Assembly (NCBI GenBank): GCA_002452745.1
Contig: DKFC01000003.1
Coordinates: forward strand, 74,471-98,470
From: Firmicutes bacterium UBA6806
Lineage (GTDB): Bacteria > Bacillota > Clostridia > Peptostreptococcales > Acidaminobacteraceae
Direction: 5' to 3'
DNA: 24,000 bases
In this document: positions 1-8,325 of the stretch, piece after piece
Numbering within the stretch: the first letter of the stretch is position 1
Layout: every line of letters begins with the position of its first letter
The notes under the pieces: model-generated
What the model saw: the letters and a program-made list of their open reading frames with translations, nothing else
The model's database searches: none
What the model was told of the DNA's origin: nothing
Translations under genes and position numbers: made by a program

Positions 1-759
1 GCCATTTTGAATCAGATGTAGGGCAAATGAGTGTCTGAGTGTATGCGGGGTGATGGACTTGCGAATATCCAATTCCTCCGTATAGCGCTTGACGACTTTC
101 CAAAAGCCCTGTCTTGTAATCCTCTTGCCATAGTAATTGACAAAAAGTGCCTCTTCATCCTCAGTGACGATCTTGCTTCTGCCATCTTTGATATACATCT
201 CCACAGCTTTTGATGCCAGCGAACCAAGCGGTATGACTCTGGCTTTTCCACCTGATCTGCATCTAATGTATCCCATGTTGGTATTGATGTCAGAAAGATT
301 GAGCGAAACGAGTTCAGAAACACGAATTCCCGTTGCATATAGCAACTCTATCATCGCCTTATCCCTTTTACCTATAGATGTTCTTGAATCGGGTTTAGCA
401 ATTAACTTTTCCACTTCACTTAGCGTCATGACGCTTGGCATTTTTCGTTCTGCCTTTGGCGCCTCCACATCCAGTGTGGGATTATTCTCTATATACCCTT
501 TGTTGTGCAAATATGAATAAAAAGTTCTGAGGGAAGCTACATTTCTTTGGATTGTAGAATTGGCCTTTCCAATTTTTTTCAAATAGCCCACATATCCAAG
601 AGCATCCACATGGCTGATTTTAAGGTAATCTCCCAGTCCGTTTTCATCAATATAAATGCCAAAATATTTCAAATCTCGCTTGTATGCCTCTAAAGTATTG
701 GCTGACAAGTGTTTGTGATCTTTTAGATACAACTCGAACTCATAAATGTAGTTGTTCAT
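1..759 (-). CDS. xerD: Tyrosine site-specific recombinase, XerD-like (N-terminal 253 aa; C-terminus is beyond the left edge)
   Basis: Absent from the ORF track because it has no stop codon in the window. Hand translation of the reverse strand from the ATG at 757-759 (AAGGAG about 10 nt upstream) gives an uninterrupted 253-codon frame: MNNYIYEFELYLKDHKHLSANTLEAYKRDLKYF...MIELLYATGIRVSELVSL...ITPHTLRHSFALHLIQNG. It has the Xer-type N-terminal core-binding domain, the catalytic Arg (ATGIR) and the HxLRH motif. The track ORF 12..338 is in a different frame of the same region. Confidence 0.85.
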   Translation of the reverse strand, partial: MNNYIYEFELYLKDHKHLSANTLEAYKRDLKYFGIYIDENGLGDYLKISHVDALGYVGYLKKIGKANSTIQRNVASLRTFYSYLHNKGYIENNPTLDVEAPKAERKMPSVMTLSEVEKLIAKPDSRTSIGKRDKAMIELLYATGIRVSELVSLNLSDINTNMGYIRCRSGGKARVIPLGSLASKAVEMYIKDGRSKIVTEDEEALFVNYYGKRITRQGFWKVVKRYTEELDIRKSITPHTLRHSFALHLIQNG

Positions 760-843
760 TTCCCCAAAACTCCTTATTTTATTGTATCGGAATGCCCATT
801 TATTTAAAAGACAATTCCTTATCTTTTGTGTACTTTACACAAC

Positions 844-2037
844 TCATGCTTTTCTATTTTCTTTGTGAGCTTTCTTTTCAACATACATGGCCTCATCGGC
901 TTCATGTAGAAATTCGCTTGGATTTCTGTGCTTAGAAGGATTATACTGGGCAAATCCAGCACTGGCACTTGCTCTAAATCTATACATGCCCTGCAAATTC
1001 ACTTGTAAGAATTCATCACATATTCTTCGCCACACTTTTTTTGCCTGACCTTCACCGCATCGTGAAAAGACAATTAGGAACTCATCTCCCCCAAGACGAG
1101 CAACCATATCAAATTCACGAAGATTTGTCTGTATGATGTCTGAAACCGCTTTCAGCATCTTATCGCCTTCCTTGTGCCCATAGCGATCGTTAACCCCTTT
1201 TAAGTCATTGACATCTATATAGGCAATTGTCAAATCATAGCCTTGAAGAGAAGATCGCGTCATCTCTGATTTGAGATGCGTTATACCGGCCTCTCGGCTT
1301 AGAACACCAGTCATCTGATCTATCTCCGCCTTGTACTTGTAGTTCTCCAGATTGTTGTCCACGATGAAGTTTCGATTGATGAGAACCACCATCATCAGCG
1401 AAATCACAGTGATAAACAAATACGTAAAGAGCATGTAGAAGGATAGACTTGAAGGTGCAGTCGAAACAAAAACACCTGTTGAGGCGATTTCAATTAGGCT
1501 GGCAAATGTCATTCGCTGATAAATCAGTATAATGGCAAAGATGAGGAAATTGCTAAGCAGCAAACGCCTTTCTATCCTCCTGTTAATTGAGACAATATTC
1601 TTAAAAACCCGCATTATCAATTTGTAGTATTTCAGCAAAATGAAGAAGATGATAAAAAAGAGTCCTAAAACAGGATAGTGATTGGTGAATAAGATCAGCC
1701 TAAAGTCCACAACACTCCCATAAAGGAGAAAACCTATGTTGACCGTTATTAAAGATGTGACAATTTTTATAAGGAACAGCAAGACTGTCGTCACCGAACT
1801 GATAAAACTCGAAATTCGATAGAGGCTTATCAAAATTAAATTAAGTGATCCATATAGTATCAGTATATCAAGCAACTTCGTCCCATCATAGAAATAGAGA
1901 AAAAAACTCAGAAACACGACGACAATAGCGTGTTTGAATCTCGGCTGCTTGCTGAATTTAGGCGCAATGACATAAAGTCCGTAAAAGATAATCAATGCAC
2001 CCATTATGGAATGTAGTCCCCCCAAAAATACCTGCAT
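844..2037 (-). CDS. Polytopic membrane diguanylate cyclase (GGDEF domain with an RxxD I-site)
   Basis: 397 aa. The N-terminal ~230 aa form about 7-8 hydrophobic helices with no domain I recognise. The C-terminal domain reads ...IDVNDLKGVNDRYGHKEGDKMLK...REFDMVARLGGDEFLIVF..., an intact GGDEF motif with RxxD exactly 5 residues upstream. GGAG RBS lies 7 nt before the ATG at 2037. Confidence 0.9.
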   Translation of the reverse strand: MQVFLGGLHSIMGALIIFYGLYVIAPKFSKQPRFKHAIVVVFLSFFLYFYDGTKLLDILILYGSLNLILISLYRISSFISSVTTVLLFLIKIVTSLITVNIGFLLYGSVVDFRLILFTNHYPVLGLFFIIFFILLKYYKLIMRVFKNIVSINRRIERRLLLSNFLIFAIILIYQRMTFASLIEIASTGVFVSTAPSSLSFYMLFTYLFITVISLMMVVLINRNFIVDNNLENYKYKAEIDQMTGVLSREAGITHLKSEMTRSSLQGYDLTIAYIDVNDLKGVNDRYGHKEGDKMLKAVSDIIQTNLREFDMVARLGGDEFLIVFSRCGEGQAKKVWRRICDEFLQVNLQGMYRFRASASAGFAQYNPSKHRNPSEFLHEADEAMYVEKKAHKENRKA

Positions 2038-2071
2038 ACTATGACTCCGTTCTCATGAACATGTTACTGCT

Positions 2072-3751
2072 CTAACTTTTCAGTGTCCTCGCATGTCTCA
2101 GCATCTCCTCTGCATGCGACTTTGTTGCCTTTGTAAATTCCGCGCCTCCTACTAGCCTTCCAATCTCCTCGACAATTTCCTCTTTTATAATCTCTTTAAT
2201 TGTCGTCATAGTGGAGTCCAACTGCGCATGCTTTTCAATTAGCAGATGCTTATCTGAAAAGACTGCGATTTGAGGCAAATGTGTAATGCAAATAATCTGA
2301 CTTTGCCTTGCCAGTCTCGCGAGTTTTTCGCCAACTACATTTGCGGTAATACCACTGATACCCGTGTCAATTTCATCGAAGATCAGTGTTGGAATCTCAT
2401 CAAGATGTCCCAGCACAATTTTAATTCCAAGCATCAATCTGGAAAGTTCACCACCTGATACTACTTTTTTAAGTGGCTTAAATGGCTGTCCTGGATTTGT
2501 GGATATAGAAAATTCAACTTCGTCAATGCCGCGTTCTGTGACGTGGATTGACTGAGTTAAGTCTATTTTAAAACGCGTGTCTTTCATATTGAGTTCAAAA
2601 AGCTCCGATTGAAGCGCTTCTTGAAATCTCTTTGCGCTGTCCATCCGCATCTGAGATAACTTCTTTGAAACCTCTGTGTAGCGTTTCATGGCTTGCTTTC
2701 GGCTCTCTAGAAGCACCTCTACCTTTGCATCTATCTGCTCATAGGCCTCTAGCTCCTCAGCGATGGACTTTTCGACCATCAATATCTCTGAAATGGACTG
2801 TCCATATTTGGTCTTAAGTGTGTTGATCGTATCAAGTCGCTTTTCAACCGCACCTAACCGTTCAGGATCAAACTCCAGATTGTCCCTATAGGACTCCACA
2901 TCTCGATTCAAGTCTTCAAGCACATAGTACACTTCCTTAAATCGAACTGAAAAGTCCTCAATCTGCGCATCCAGTGATTCAATACGCCTTATGTCTGAAG
3001 ACAGTGACGACAATTTTCCTAAAAGCCCATCACTAAACTCGCCACGAAGCCAATTGCTGCACTTTTCAAACGTATTTTGAACCGTTTCAATATTTGAAAG
3101 ATACTCAAATTCCCGTTCAAGTGTTGCGTCTTCATCAGGCTTTAACTTGGCATTTCGAATTTCATCCAACTGATAAGTTAAAAAATCTATTTTTTTACGC
3201 TTATCGTGATCGTCTATTTGAAGGTTGCCGAGATTGCTGTCTATCTCTGAAATCGTATCATAAATGGACTTGATCTCAGTCAGCAGCTGCTCATGCGCCT
3301 CTCCACCATAGACATCTAAAAGTGTCAATTGGTTGGATCTCGCCAGAAGTTTTTGATTTTCATTTTGACCATGCAAATCTATCAGAGAATCTGTAACATC
3401 CCTGACAATATTAAGCGGTGTCACCTGCCCGTTAATTCTGGTGACACTTTTGCCCTTTGCCTGAATTTCTCTGGCGATGACCACAATTTCATCGTCCGCC
3501 TGTATTCCATTTTCCTCTAGAATCATGTTGACAGAATCACTTGTATAGAAGCTGGCCTTGATAACCGCCTTGTCACTGCCTATGCGCACAGCATCCTTAC
3601 TCGCCGCTTCTCCGAGTATCAGCCTGATAGCACCCAAGATCATGGATTTGCCAGCACCTGTTTCACCCGTTATAATGTTAAGCCCTGACAGAAAATCAAC
3701 TGTCACATCTTCTATAAGTATAAAATCTTTGATTTTCAATTCAAAAATCAT
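2072..3751 (-). CDS. recN: DNA repair protein RecN
   Basis: 559 aa. N-terminal Walker A (ITGETGAGKSMILGAI), long coiled-coil middle, C-terminal SMC-like signature (SGGELSRLMLGIK) and Walker B (LIFDEIDTGISG). Sits in the conserved argR-recN position. Confidence 0.97.
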   Translation of the reverse strand: MIFELKIKDFILIEDVTVDFLSGLNIITGETGAGKSMILGAIRLILGEAASKDAVRIGSDKAVIKASFYTSDSVNMILEENGIQADDEIVVIAREIQAKGKSVTRINGQVTPLNIVRDVTDSLIDLHGQNENQKLLARSNQLTLLDVYGGEAHEQLLTEIKSIYDTISEIDSNLGNLQIDDHDKRKKIDFLTYQLDEIRNAKLKPDEDATLEREFEYLSNIETVQNTFEKCSNWLRGEFSDGLLGKLSSLSSDIRRIESLDAQIEDFSVRFKEVYYVLEDLNRDVESYRDNLEFDPERLGAVEKRLDTINTLKTKYGQSISEILMVEKSIAEELEAYEQIDAKVEVLLESRKQAMKRYTEVSKKLSQMRMDSAKRFQEALQSELFELNMKDTRFKIDLTQSIHVTERGIDEVEFSISTNPGQPFKPLKKVVSGGELSRLMLGIKIVLGHLDEIPTLIFDEIDTGISGITANVVGEKLARLARQSQIICITHLPQIAVFSDKHLLIEKHAQLDSTMTTIKEIIKEEIVEEIGRLVGGAEFTKATKSHAEEMLRHARTLKS

Positions 3752-3820
3752 GTTATTCCCTCATAATCTGCTCTATTATTGATGATTCTACTTCTCAAAA
3801 CACTGAAATACCTTATTTTT

Positions 3821-3850
3821 ATATTAATCGGCGAAACCATGTTCTCTCAA
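3821..3850 (-). promoter_or_regulatory. Candidate recN promoter with an SOS (LexA/Cheo-like) box in the spacer
   Basis: Minus strand reads TTGAGA (3850-3845), an 18-nt spacer, then TAATAT (3826-3821). The spacer contains GAACATGGTTTC (3844-3833), which resembles the Firmicute LexA half-site arrangement GAAC-N4-GTTC with one right-half mismatch. Confidence 0.35.
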
Positions 3851-3864
3851 TGGAGGTTTCCCTG

Positions 3865-4314
3865 TTAAACTAGCATATCCTTAAATAATTTGATGATTCT
3901 ATCCACTTGACTTTCTTCTCTGACAACTAAAAATATCGTATCATCTCCAGCAATTGTGCCCACAATCTCCTTGATGTTCAAGGCATCTATAGAGACAGCC
4001 GCTGCATTTGCAGAACCCACCAGTGTCTTAATGATAATGATGTTGCCTGCGTTGTCAACAGATACCACTGAGTTTCGATAAATCTTGAGAAAGCGATCAT
4101 TGACAGCGCCCTCTTTCTCACGAATTGACGCATACTTGTATCGTCCATCCTTAGTGAGTACTTTAATCAATCTCATTTCTTTGATATCCCTTGACACAGT
4201 GGCTTGAGTCACTTGAAATCCAGATGCTCTCAGTTCACTCGCAAGTTCATCCTGAGTTTCCACATCTTTGCTTTCAATGATTTCTAGAATTTTAGATTGC
4301 CTGGAATATTTCAT
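3865..4314 (-). CDS. argR: Arginine repressor ArgR/AhrC
   Basis: 149 aa. Winged-helix N-terminus (RQSKILEIIESKDVETQDELASELRASGFQVTQATVSRDIKEMRL) and a C-terminal oligomerisation/arginine-binding domain (GTIAGDDTIFLV). Confidence 0.95.
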   Translation of the reverse strand: MKYSRQSKILEIIESKDVETQDELASELRASGFQVTQATVSRDIKEMRLIKVLTKDGRYKYASIREKEGAVNDRFLKIYRNSVVSVDNAGNIIIIKTLVGSANAAAVSIDALNIKEIVGTIAGDDTIFLVVREESQVDRIIKLFKDMLV

Positions 4315-4407
4315 ACTGCCTCCCCATGATTCCCCAAGCTGTCCGTATTATGCGCACAAACTGCTTGAGAATTATATTTCTACCGCTTCAATTCATATAA
4401 CATTCTT

Positions 4408-4436
4408 ATTATATTACAAAAATATTCTTTAGTAAA
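4408..4436 (-). promoter_or_regulatory. Candidate sigma-A promoter for argR-recN
   Basis: Minus strand reads TTTACT (4436-4431), a 17-nt spacer, then a perfect TATAAT (4413-4408), about 95 nt upstream of the argR ATG. The leader at about 4363-4400 contains TGAAT/ATTC-type elements weakly resembling ARG boxes. Confidence 0.55.
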
Positions 4437-4457
4437 ATAGAACCCAGAGAATGATGT

Positions 4458-4487
4458 TAAAAACAGCGGCAAAGGCATGCGCTGTCT
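4458..4487 (-). terminator. Weak Rho-independent terminator after the chrA pair
   Basis: Minus strand reads ACAGCG-(11 nt loop)-CGCTGT followed by TTTTTAA, immediately after the chrA stop at 4496. The stem is short, so termination is probably partial. Confidence 0.4.
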
Positions 4488-4495
4488 GAGTGAGA

Positions 4496-5059
4496 TTACC
4501 ATATGAATACCCCTAGCACACCAGCTAGAGCAATGTATACAATTGGATGTTTCTTGTATCTGTGTATCAACCATAAAAAGACGCTAAATAAGGCAACTGC
4601 TTTTAAATCAAGCCCATTTAGCAAGTTGTCAAGTGTGCCTTGCTCTTCATAGAGAGACACTAGGCTCACCTGAAAAATTGCCGTTATCAAGAGGCCTATG
4701 ACAGCAGCTTTCAATCCCACCATAGTGGCCTTGACAACTGGTTCATCGTTAAAGTGCTTTAAAAATCTCGCAACAATCAGTGCCATGAAAAACGCCGGCA
4801 AAATCACTGCAATTGATGACAAAAGTGCTCCAAATACCCCAGATTTCTGAAAACCTATAAAAGTCGCCATATTTATGGCTATAGGCCCAGGTGTTGACTG
4901 GGCAATTGCAATTAGGTTTGCAAACTGAGCATTTGTAAGCCATTGATTTGAAATGGCAACATCCCTTAAGAGCGGAATCATGGCAAGACCGCCTCCATAA
5001 GTAAAAGCGCCTATCTTGAAGAATTCCCAAAGTAATTGTCCCATCATGTCGAGATTCAT
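4496..5059 (-). CDS. chrA: Chromate transporter family protein, short-chain CHR (second of a pair)
   Basis: 187 aa polytopic membrane protein with the CHR signature FFKIGAFTYGGGLAMIPLL. Its ATG overlaps the upstream gene stop (ATGA at 5056-5059). The paired short-CHR arrangement resembles B. subtilis ywrA/ywrB. Confidence 0.85.
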   Translation of the reverse strand: MNLDMMGQLLWEFFKIGAFTYGGGLAMIPLLRDVAISNQWLTNAQFANLIAIAQSTPGPIAINMATFIGFQKSGVFGALLSSIAVILPAFFMALIVARFLKHFNDEPVVKATMVGLKAAVIGLLITAIFQVSLVSLYEEQGTLDNLLNGLDLKAVALFSVFLWLIHRYKKHPIVYIALAGVLGVFIW

Positions 5060-5604
5060 GACTTCACCTGCCCTCTGTAATAAAATGCGCCGAACACACC
5101 TGCTGCCACTATTACCAGAATTGGAGACCCATCAAAGAACATGACAAATAAAAATCCCAAAGCAGCAATAATCAGTGCTACCCAATCCTTGATAGAAGCC
5201 TTAATCATTCGCACCATTGAAAGACATAGAAGAGCTAACACGGCAATGCGTATTCCCCTAAATGCCTTCTGCACAACCTCAAGGTTTTCCACTTGTGTGA
5301 ACACGGCTGTAATGCCCATAATAATCAGAATTGACGGCGTGATAACGCCAAGGACACAGACGATTGCCCCCATTACACCTGCAAGCCTGTAGCCCACAAA
5401 AACAGCTGTATTGGATGCGATTACCCCAGGAAGTGATTGTGCGATGGAGTAGCACTCCAAGATTTCCTCCATGTCCATCCATTGCTTGTCTTGAACCACT
5501 TCACGCTCTATAATGGGCAACATGGCATAGCCACCGCCAATTGTGAGCAGTCCCACTTTAAAAAAGGCTACATACATCTGTAGCCATTTTGGATACGTTT
5601 TCAT
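5056..5604 (-). CDS. chrA: Chromate transporter family protein, short-chain CHR (first of a pair)
   Basis: 182 aa with the CHR signature FFKVGLLTIGGGYAMLPIIEREVV. GGGAGAG RBS precedes the ATG at 5604. Confidence 0.85.
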   Translation of the reverse strand: MKTYPKWLQMYVAFFKVGLLTIGGGYAMLPIIEREVVQDKQWMDMEEILECYSIAQSLPGVIASNTAVFVGYRLAGVMGAIVCVLGVITPSILIIMGITAVFTQVENLEVVQKAFRGIRIAVLALLCLSMVRMIKASIKDWVALIIAALGFLFVMFFDGSPILVIVAAGVFGAFYYRGQVKS

Positions 5605-5656
5605 TTTCTCTCCCTACAAATTCAAATATACTTAGCCAACCTTTGCCACTAAACCT

Positions 5657-6466
5657 TTAATCTGCAATCAAAGACGCATGCGCTTCGGCAATTAGCTTAT
5701 CCACATCAAATGAAAACTCATTTTCTGGTTGAGCGGTTCTCGTTGCATAAGCCAAAAATTCTATATTCCCCTTTGGCCCTTTAATTGGCGAAAATGTCAC
5801 TGCCTCAACCTTGAGAAAATTGCCTCTGCAAAACTCCAGCAAGGTATCAACGACCTTCGCATGCACTTTTGAATCCCTTACAACACCGCTCTTTTTAACC
5901 GCTTCTCTTCCCGCTTCAAACTGAGGCTTAATGAGAAAGACAATTTTAGCACCTTCCTTCATAAGCGATACAGCAACAGGCAACACCAGTTTAAGGGATA
6001 TAAAAGAAACATCCACACTTACAAAATCCAGTTCTGTTTTAACTGTCTCCATGGTCAAATACCGGACGTTTGTACGCTCCATGTTCACCACCCGTGGATC
6101 GTTTCTGAGCTTCCAATCCAGTTGCCCATACCCTACATCCACCGAAAACACCTTCGTTGCACCGTTCTGGAGCATACAATCCGTAAAGCCGCCTGTGGAG
6201 GCACCAATATCCATACAAATTTTTTCGCCTAAATCTATTCCATAGAGTTTAATGGCCTTATCTAATTTAAGCCCTCCTCTGCTGACAAAGGGGAGGATGT
6301 TCTCACGCACTTCAATTTGAGATTCCAAATCCACTTGGGTGCCAGGTTTGTCTAACTTCTGTCCATCCACATAGACGACACCTGCCATGATAATGCGCTT
6401 TGCCTTTTCTCTCGACTCAGCAAGCTGCTTTTCAGTTAGCAACACATCTAATCTCTCTTTAGCCAT
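5657..6466 (-). CDS. tlyA: TlyA-family rRNA 2'-O-methyltransferase (hemolysin A-like)
   Basis: 269 aa. N-terminal S4 domain (RLDVLLTEKQLAESREKAKRIIMAGVVYVDGQK) followed by an FtsJ-type SAM methyltransferase (CMDIGASTGGFTDCMLQNGA). Its start overlaps the dxs stop by 8 nt. Confidence 0.9.
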   Translation of the reverse strand: MAKERLDVLLTEKQLAESREKAKRIIMAGVVYVDGQKLDKPGTQVDLESQIEVRENILPFVSRGGLKLDKAIKLYGIDLGEKICMDIGASTGGFTDCMLQNGATKVFSVDVGYGQLDWKLRNDPRVVNMERTNVRYLTMETVKTELDFVSVDVSFISLKLVLPVAVSLMKEGAKIVFLIKPQFEAGREAVKKSGVVRDSKVHAKVVDTLLEFCRGNFLKVEAVTFSPIKGPKGNIEFLAYATRTAQPENEFSFDVDKLIAEAHASLIAD

Positions 6467-8324
6467 TGATTACCTCTCTTATTCTCTCCAAAACGCCCTC
6501 TGTATCCAACTTATAAACCCGGAGTAAATCCTCAATATTGCCATGAGGAATGAATTCATCTTCGATTCCAAGTTTATAAAATTTAAAGTCACTTAAATCG
6601 GAATCCGTCAGAAGACCTGATATTACTTTATCTCCGAACCCACCTGATATCGTGTGATCTTCCAGTGTAAATACAACTTTAGCACCTTTTAGGAGACGCT
6701 TGAGGGTTTCAGTGTCCAGCGGTTTAATCTGCGATACGTTAATGACCTTCATCGGCACGACCTCCGCACACTCTATGGCTGTCTTCACCATCTTACCAGT
6801 GGTGATAACGGCCACTTCACCACCCTCTTTCAAGAGCTTCGGTCCAAAGTCAAATCCCTCTTTTTCAAAGTTAGACGGTTCTGACAACTGATAAGCATTT
6901 CCCCTTGGATATCGAATGGCTATAGGTCCGTCCCAATAGTTCATGGCGTAGACCATCATCTGCTCAAGCTCCAATTGATCTTTTGGAGATAAAATTTTCA
7001 TGTTGGGCATGTGAGACAGGTAACTTATATCAAACACGCCATGATGGGTTTCGCCGTCATTTCCAACAAGCCCTGCACGGTCTATGCAAAAGACAACTGG
7101 TGCTTTTTGTAGACAGACATCATGTAAAATTTGGTCATACGCCCTCTGCAAGAAAGTCGAATAAATAGCTACAAATGGTTTGATGCCCTCCAAGGCCATC
7201 CCTGCAGCCATGGTGACAGCATGTTGTTCAGCAATAGCCACATCAAACAGCCTATCCCTGAATTTTTGAGCGTACTCACTGAGGCCAGTGCCATCTATCA
7301 TAGCCGCAGTAATCGCCACAACTTTTGGGTTCTGAGTGGCCAATCGAATCATCTGGTCGCCAAAGACCTTGGAAAAATCGTGCTTTACTTTGCTTTCTAT
7401 GCACTTGTTTGGGTCAAATGTCCCAACACCATGATATTTATTAGGGTCTTTTTCTGAATGAACATATCCCTTTCCCTTTTGAGTCAACACGTGAATGAGC
7501 ACTGGCCCCTTTACGTGTTTTATCATCTGAAAAGTCTCTATGAGTTCTTTTAAATCATGACCATTTACAGGCCCGATGTAGGTCAGTCCAATTTCTTCAA
7601 AGAAGAGACCGCCATCGACTACAAAATACTTCAAGCTGTCTTTGAGCTTTCCAATGAAATCGATCATATTGCCGCCAATACTTGGAATTTTCGAAAGCGT
7701 CGCCTTCGTATCCGTTTTGACTTTTGAGTATGTCTCAGTCGTTCTGAGTTTCCCAAGTGCTTTTGATAAGCCGCCTACGTTTTCAGAAATAGACATTTCA
7801 TTGTCGTTTAATACCACTTTAACATTGGTCTTCGCATGTCCCAAGTAGTTAAGAGCCTCTAGAGCCATGCCTCCCGTCAGTGCACCATCACCTATAACTG
7901 AGATGACATCAAAGTTCTCGCCCTTTATATCCCTCGCCTTGGCAATACCCACCCCTGCGGAGATAGATGTACTGCTGTGCCCTGCTTCAAAGATGTCATG
8001 AATAGATTCTTTTCGCTTCAAAAAACCACTGAGTCCATCATATTGTCTCAGTGTATCAAAATTTTCTTTTCTGCCGGTGATCACTTTATGAACATAGGCC
8101 TGATGCCCCACATCCCAGATGATTTTATCGTTTGGGCTGTCAAACACATAATGCAGAGCAGTTGTCAATTCAACAACTCCCAAATTTGATGACAAATGTC
8201 CCCCTGTCTTTGAAATATTCTCAATGAGAAATGCTCTTATTTCATGACAGAGCACCACCATTTCGTCAAACGAAAGTTGTTTAAGCGCCTCTGGTGAATT
8301 GACCTTGTCCAAAATTTTATACAT
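6459..8324 (-). CDS. dxs: 1-deoxy-D-xylulose-5-phosphate synthase
   Basis: The track ORF runs to 8408, but the conserved DXS N-terminus starts at MYKILDKVNSPEALKQLS (ATG at 8324, GGAAGAGG RBS upstream), giving 621 aa. TPP-binding motifs are present (GHSSTSISAGVGIA, GDGALTGGMALEALN). Confidence 0.96.
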   Translation of the reverse strand: MYKILDKVNSPEALKQLSFDEMVVLCHEIRAFLIENISKTGGHLSSNLGVVELTTALHYVFDSPNDKIIWDVGHQAYVHKVITGRKENFDTLRQYDGLSGFLKRKESIHDIFEAGHSSTSISAGVGIAKARDIKGENFDVISVIGDGALTGGMALEALNYLGHAKTNVKVVLNDNEMSISENVGGLSKALGKLRTTETYSKVKTDTKATLSKIPSIGGNMIDFIGKLKDSLKYFVVDGGLFFEEIGLTYIGPVNGHDLKELIETFQMIKHVKGPVLIHVLTQKGKGYVHSEKDPNKYHGVGTFDPNKCIESKVKHDFSKVFGDQMIRLATQNPKVVAITAAMIDGTGLSEYAQKFRDRLFDVAIAEQHAVTMAAGMALEGIKPFVAIYSTFLQRAYDQILHDVCLQKAPVVFCIDRAGLVGNDGETHHGVFDISYLSHMPNMKILSPKDQLELEQMMVYAMNYWDGPIAIRYPRGNAYQLSEPSNFEKEGFDFGPKLLKEGGEVAVITTGKMVKTAIECAEVVPMKVINVSQIKPLDTETLKRLLKGAKVVFTLEDHTISGGFGDKVISGLLTDSDLSDFKFYKLGIEDEFIPHGNIEDLLRVYKLDTEGVLERIREVING

Positions 8325-8325
8325 T

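Noticed and set aside
12-338. Minus-strand 108-aa track ORF
   Set aside because: It is an alternative frame of the xerD region. The frame opened by the ATG at 759 is uninterrupted to position 1 and carries the recombinase motifs.
1-759. Tyrosine recombinase as a marker of a prophage or integrative element
   Set aside because: The sequence is Xer-like (LSANTLEAYKRDL N-domain). It sits in a conserved chromosomal neighbourhood. No phage or transposon genes, att-like repeats or tRNA target are visible next to it in the window.
4380-4574. Minus-strand 64-aa ORF spanning the chrA 3' end and the argR promoter region
   Set aside because: It overlaps the chrA coding frame, the terminator-like hairpin and the -35/-10 elements. 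It has no RBS and no recognisable features.
4749-5482. Minus-strand alternative-frame ORFs within the chrA genes (4749..5030 and 5279..5482)
   Set aside because: They are out of frame relative to the CHR-motif-bearing frames and are Cys/Trp/Arg-rich, which looks like frame artefacts.
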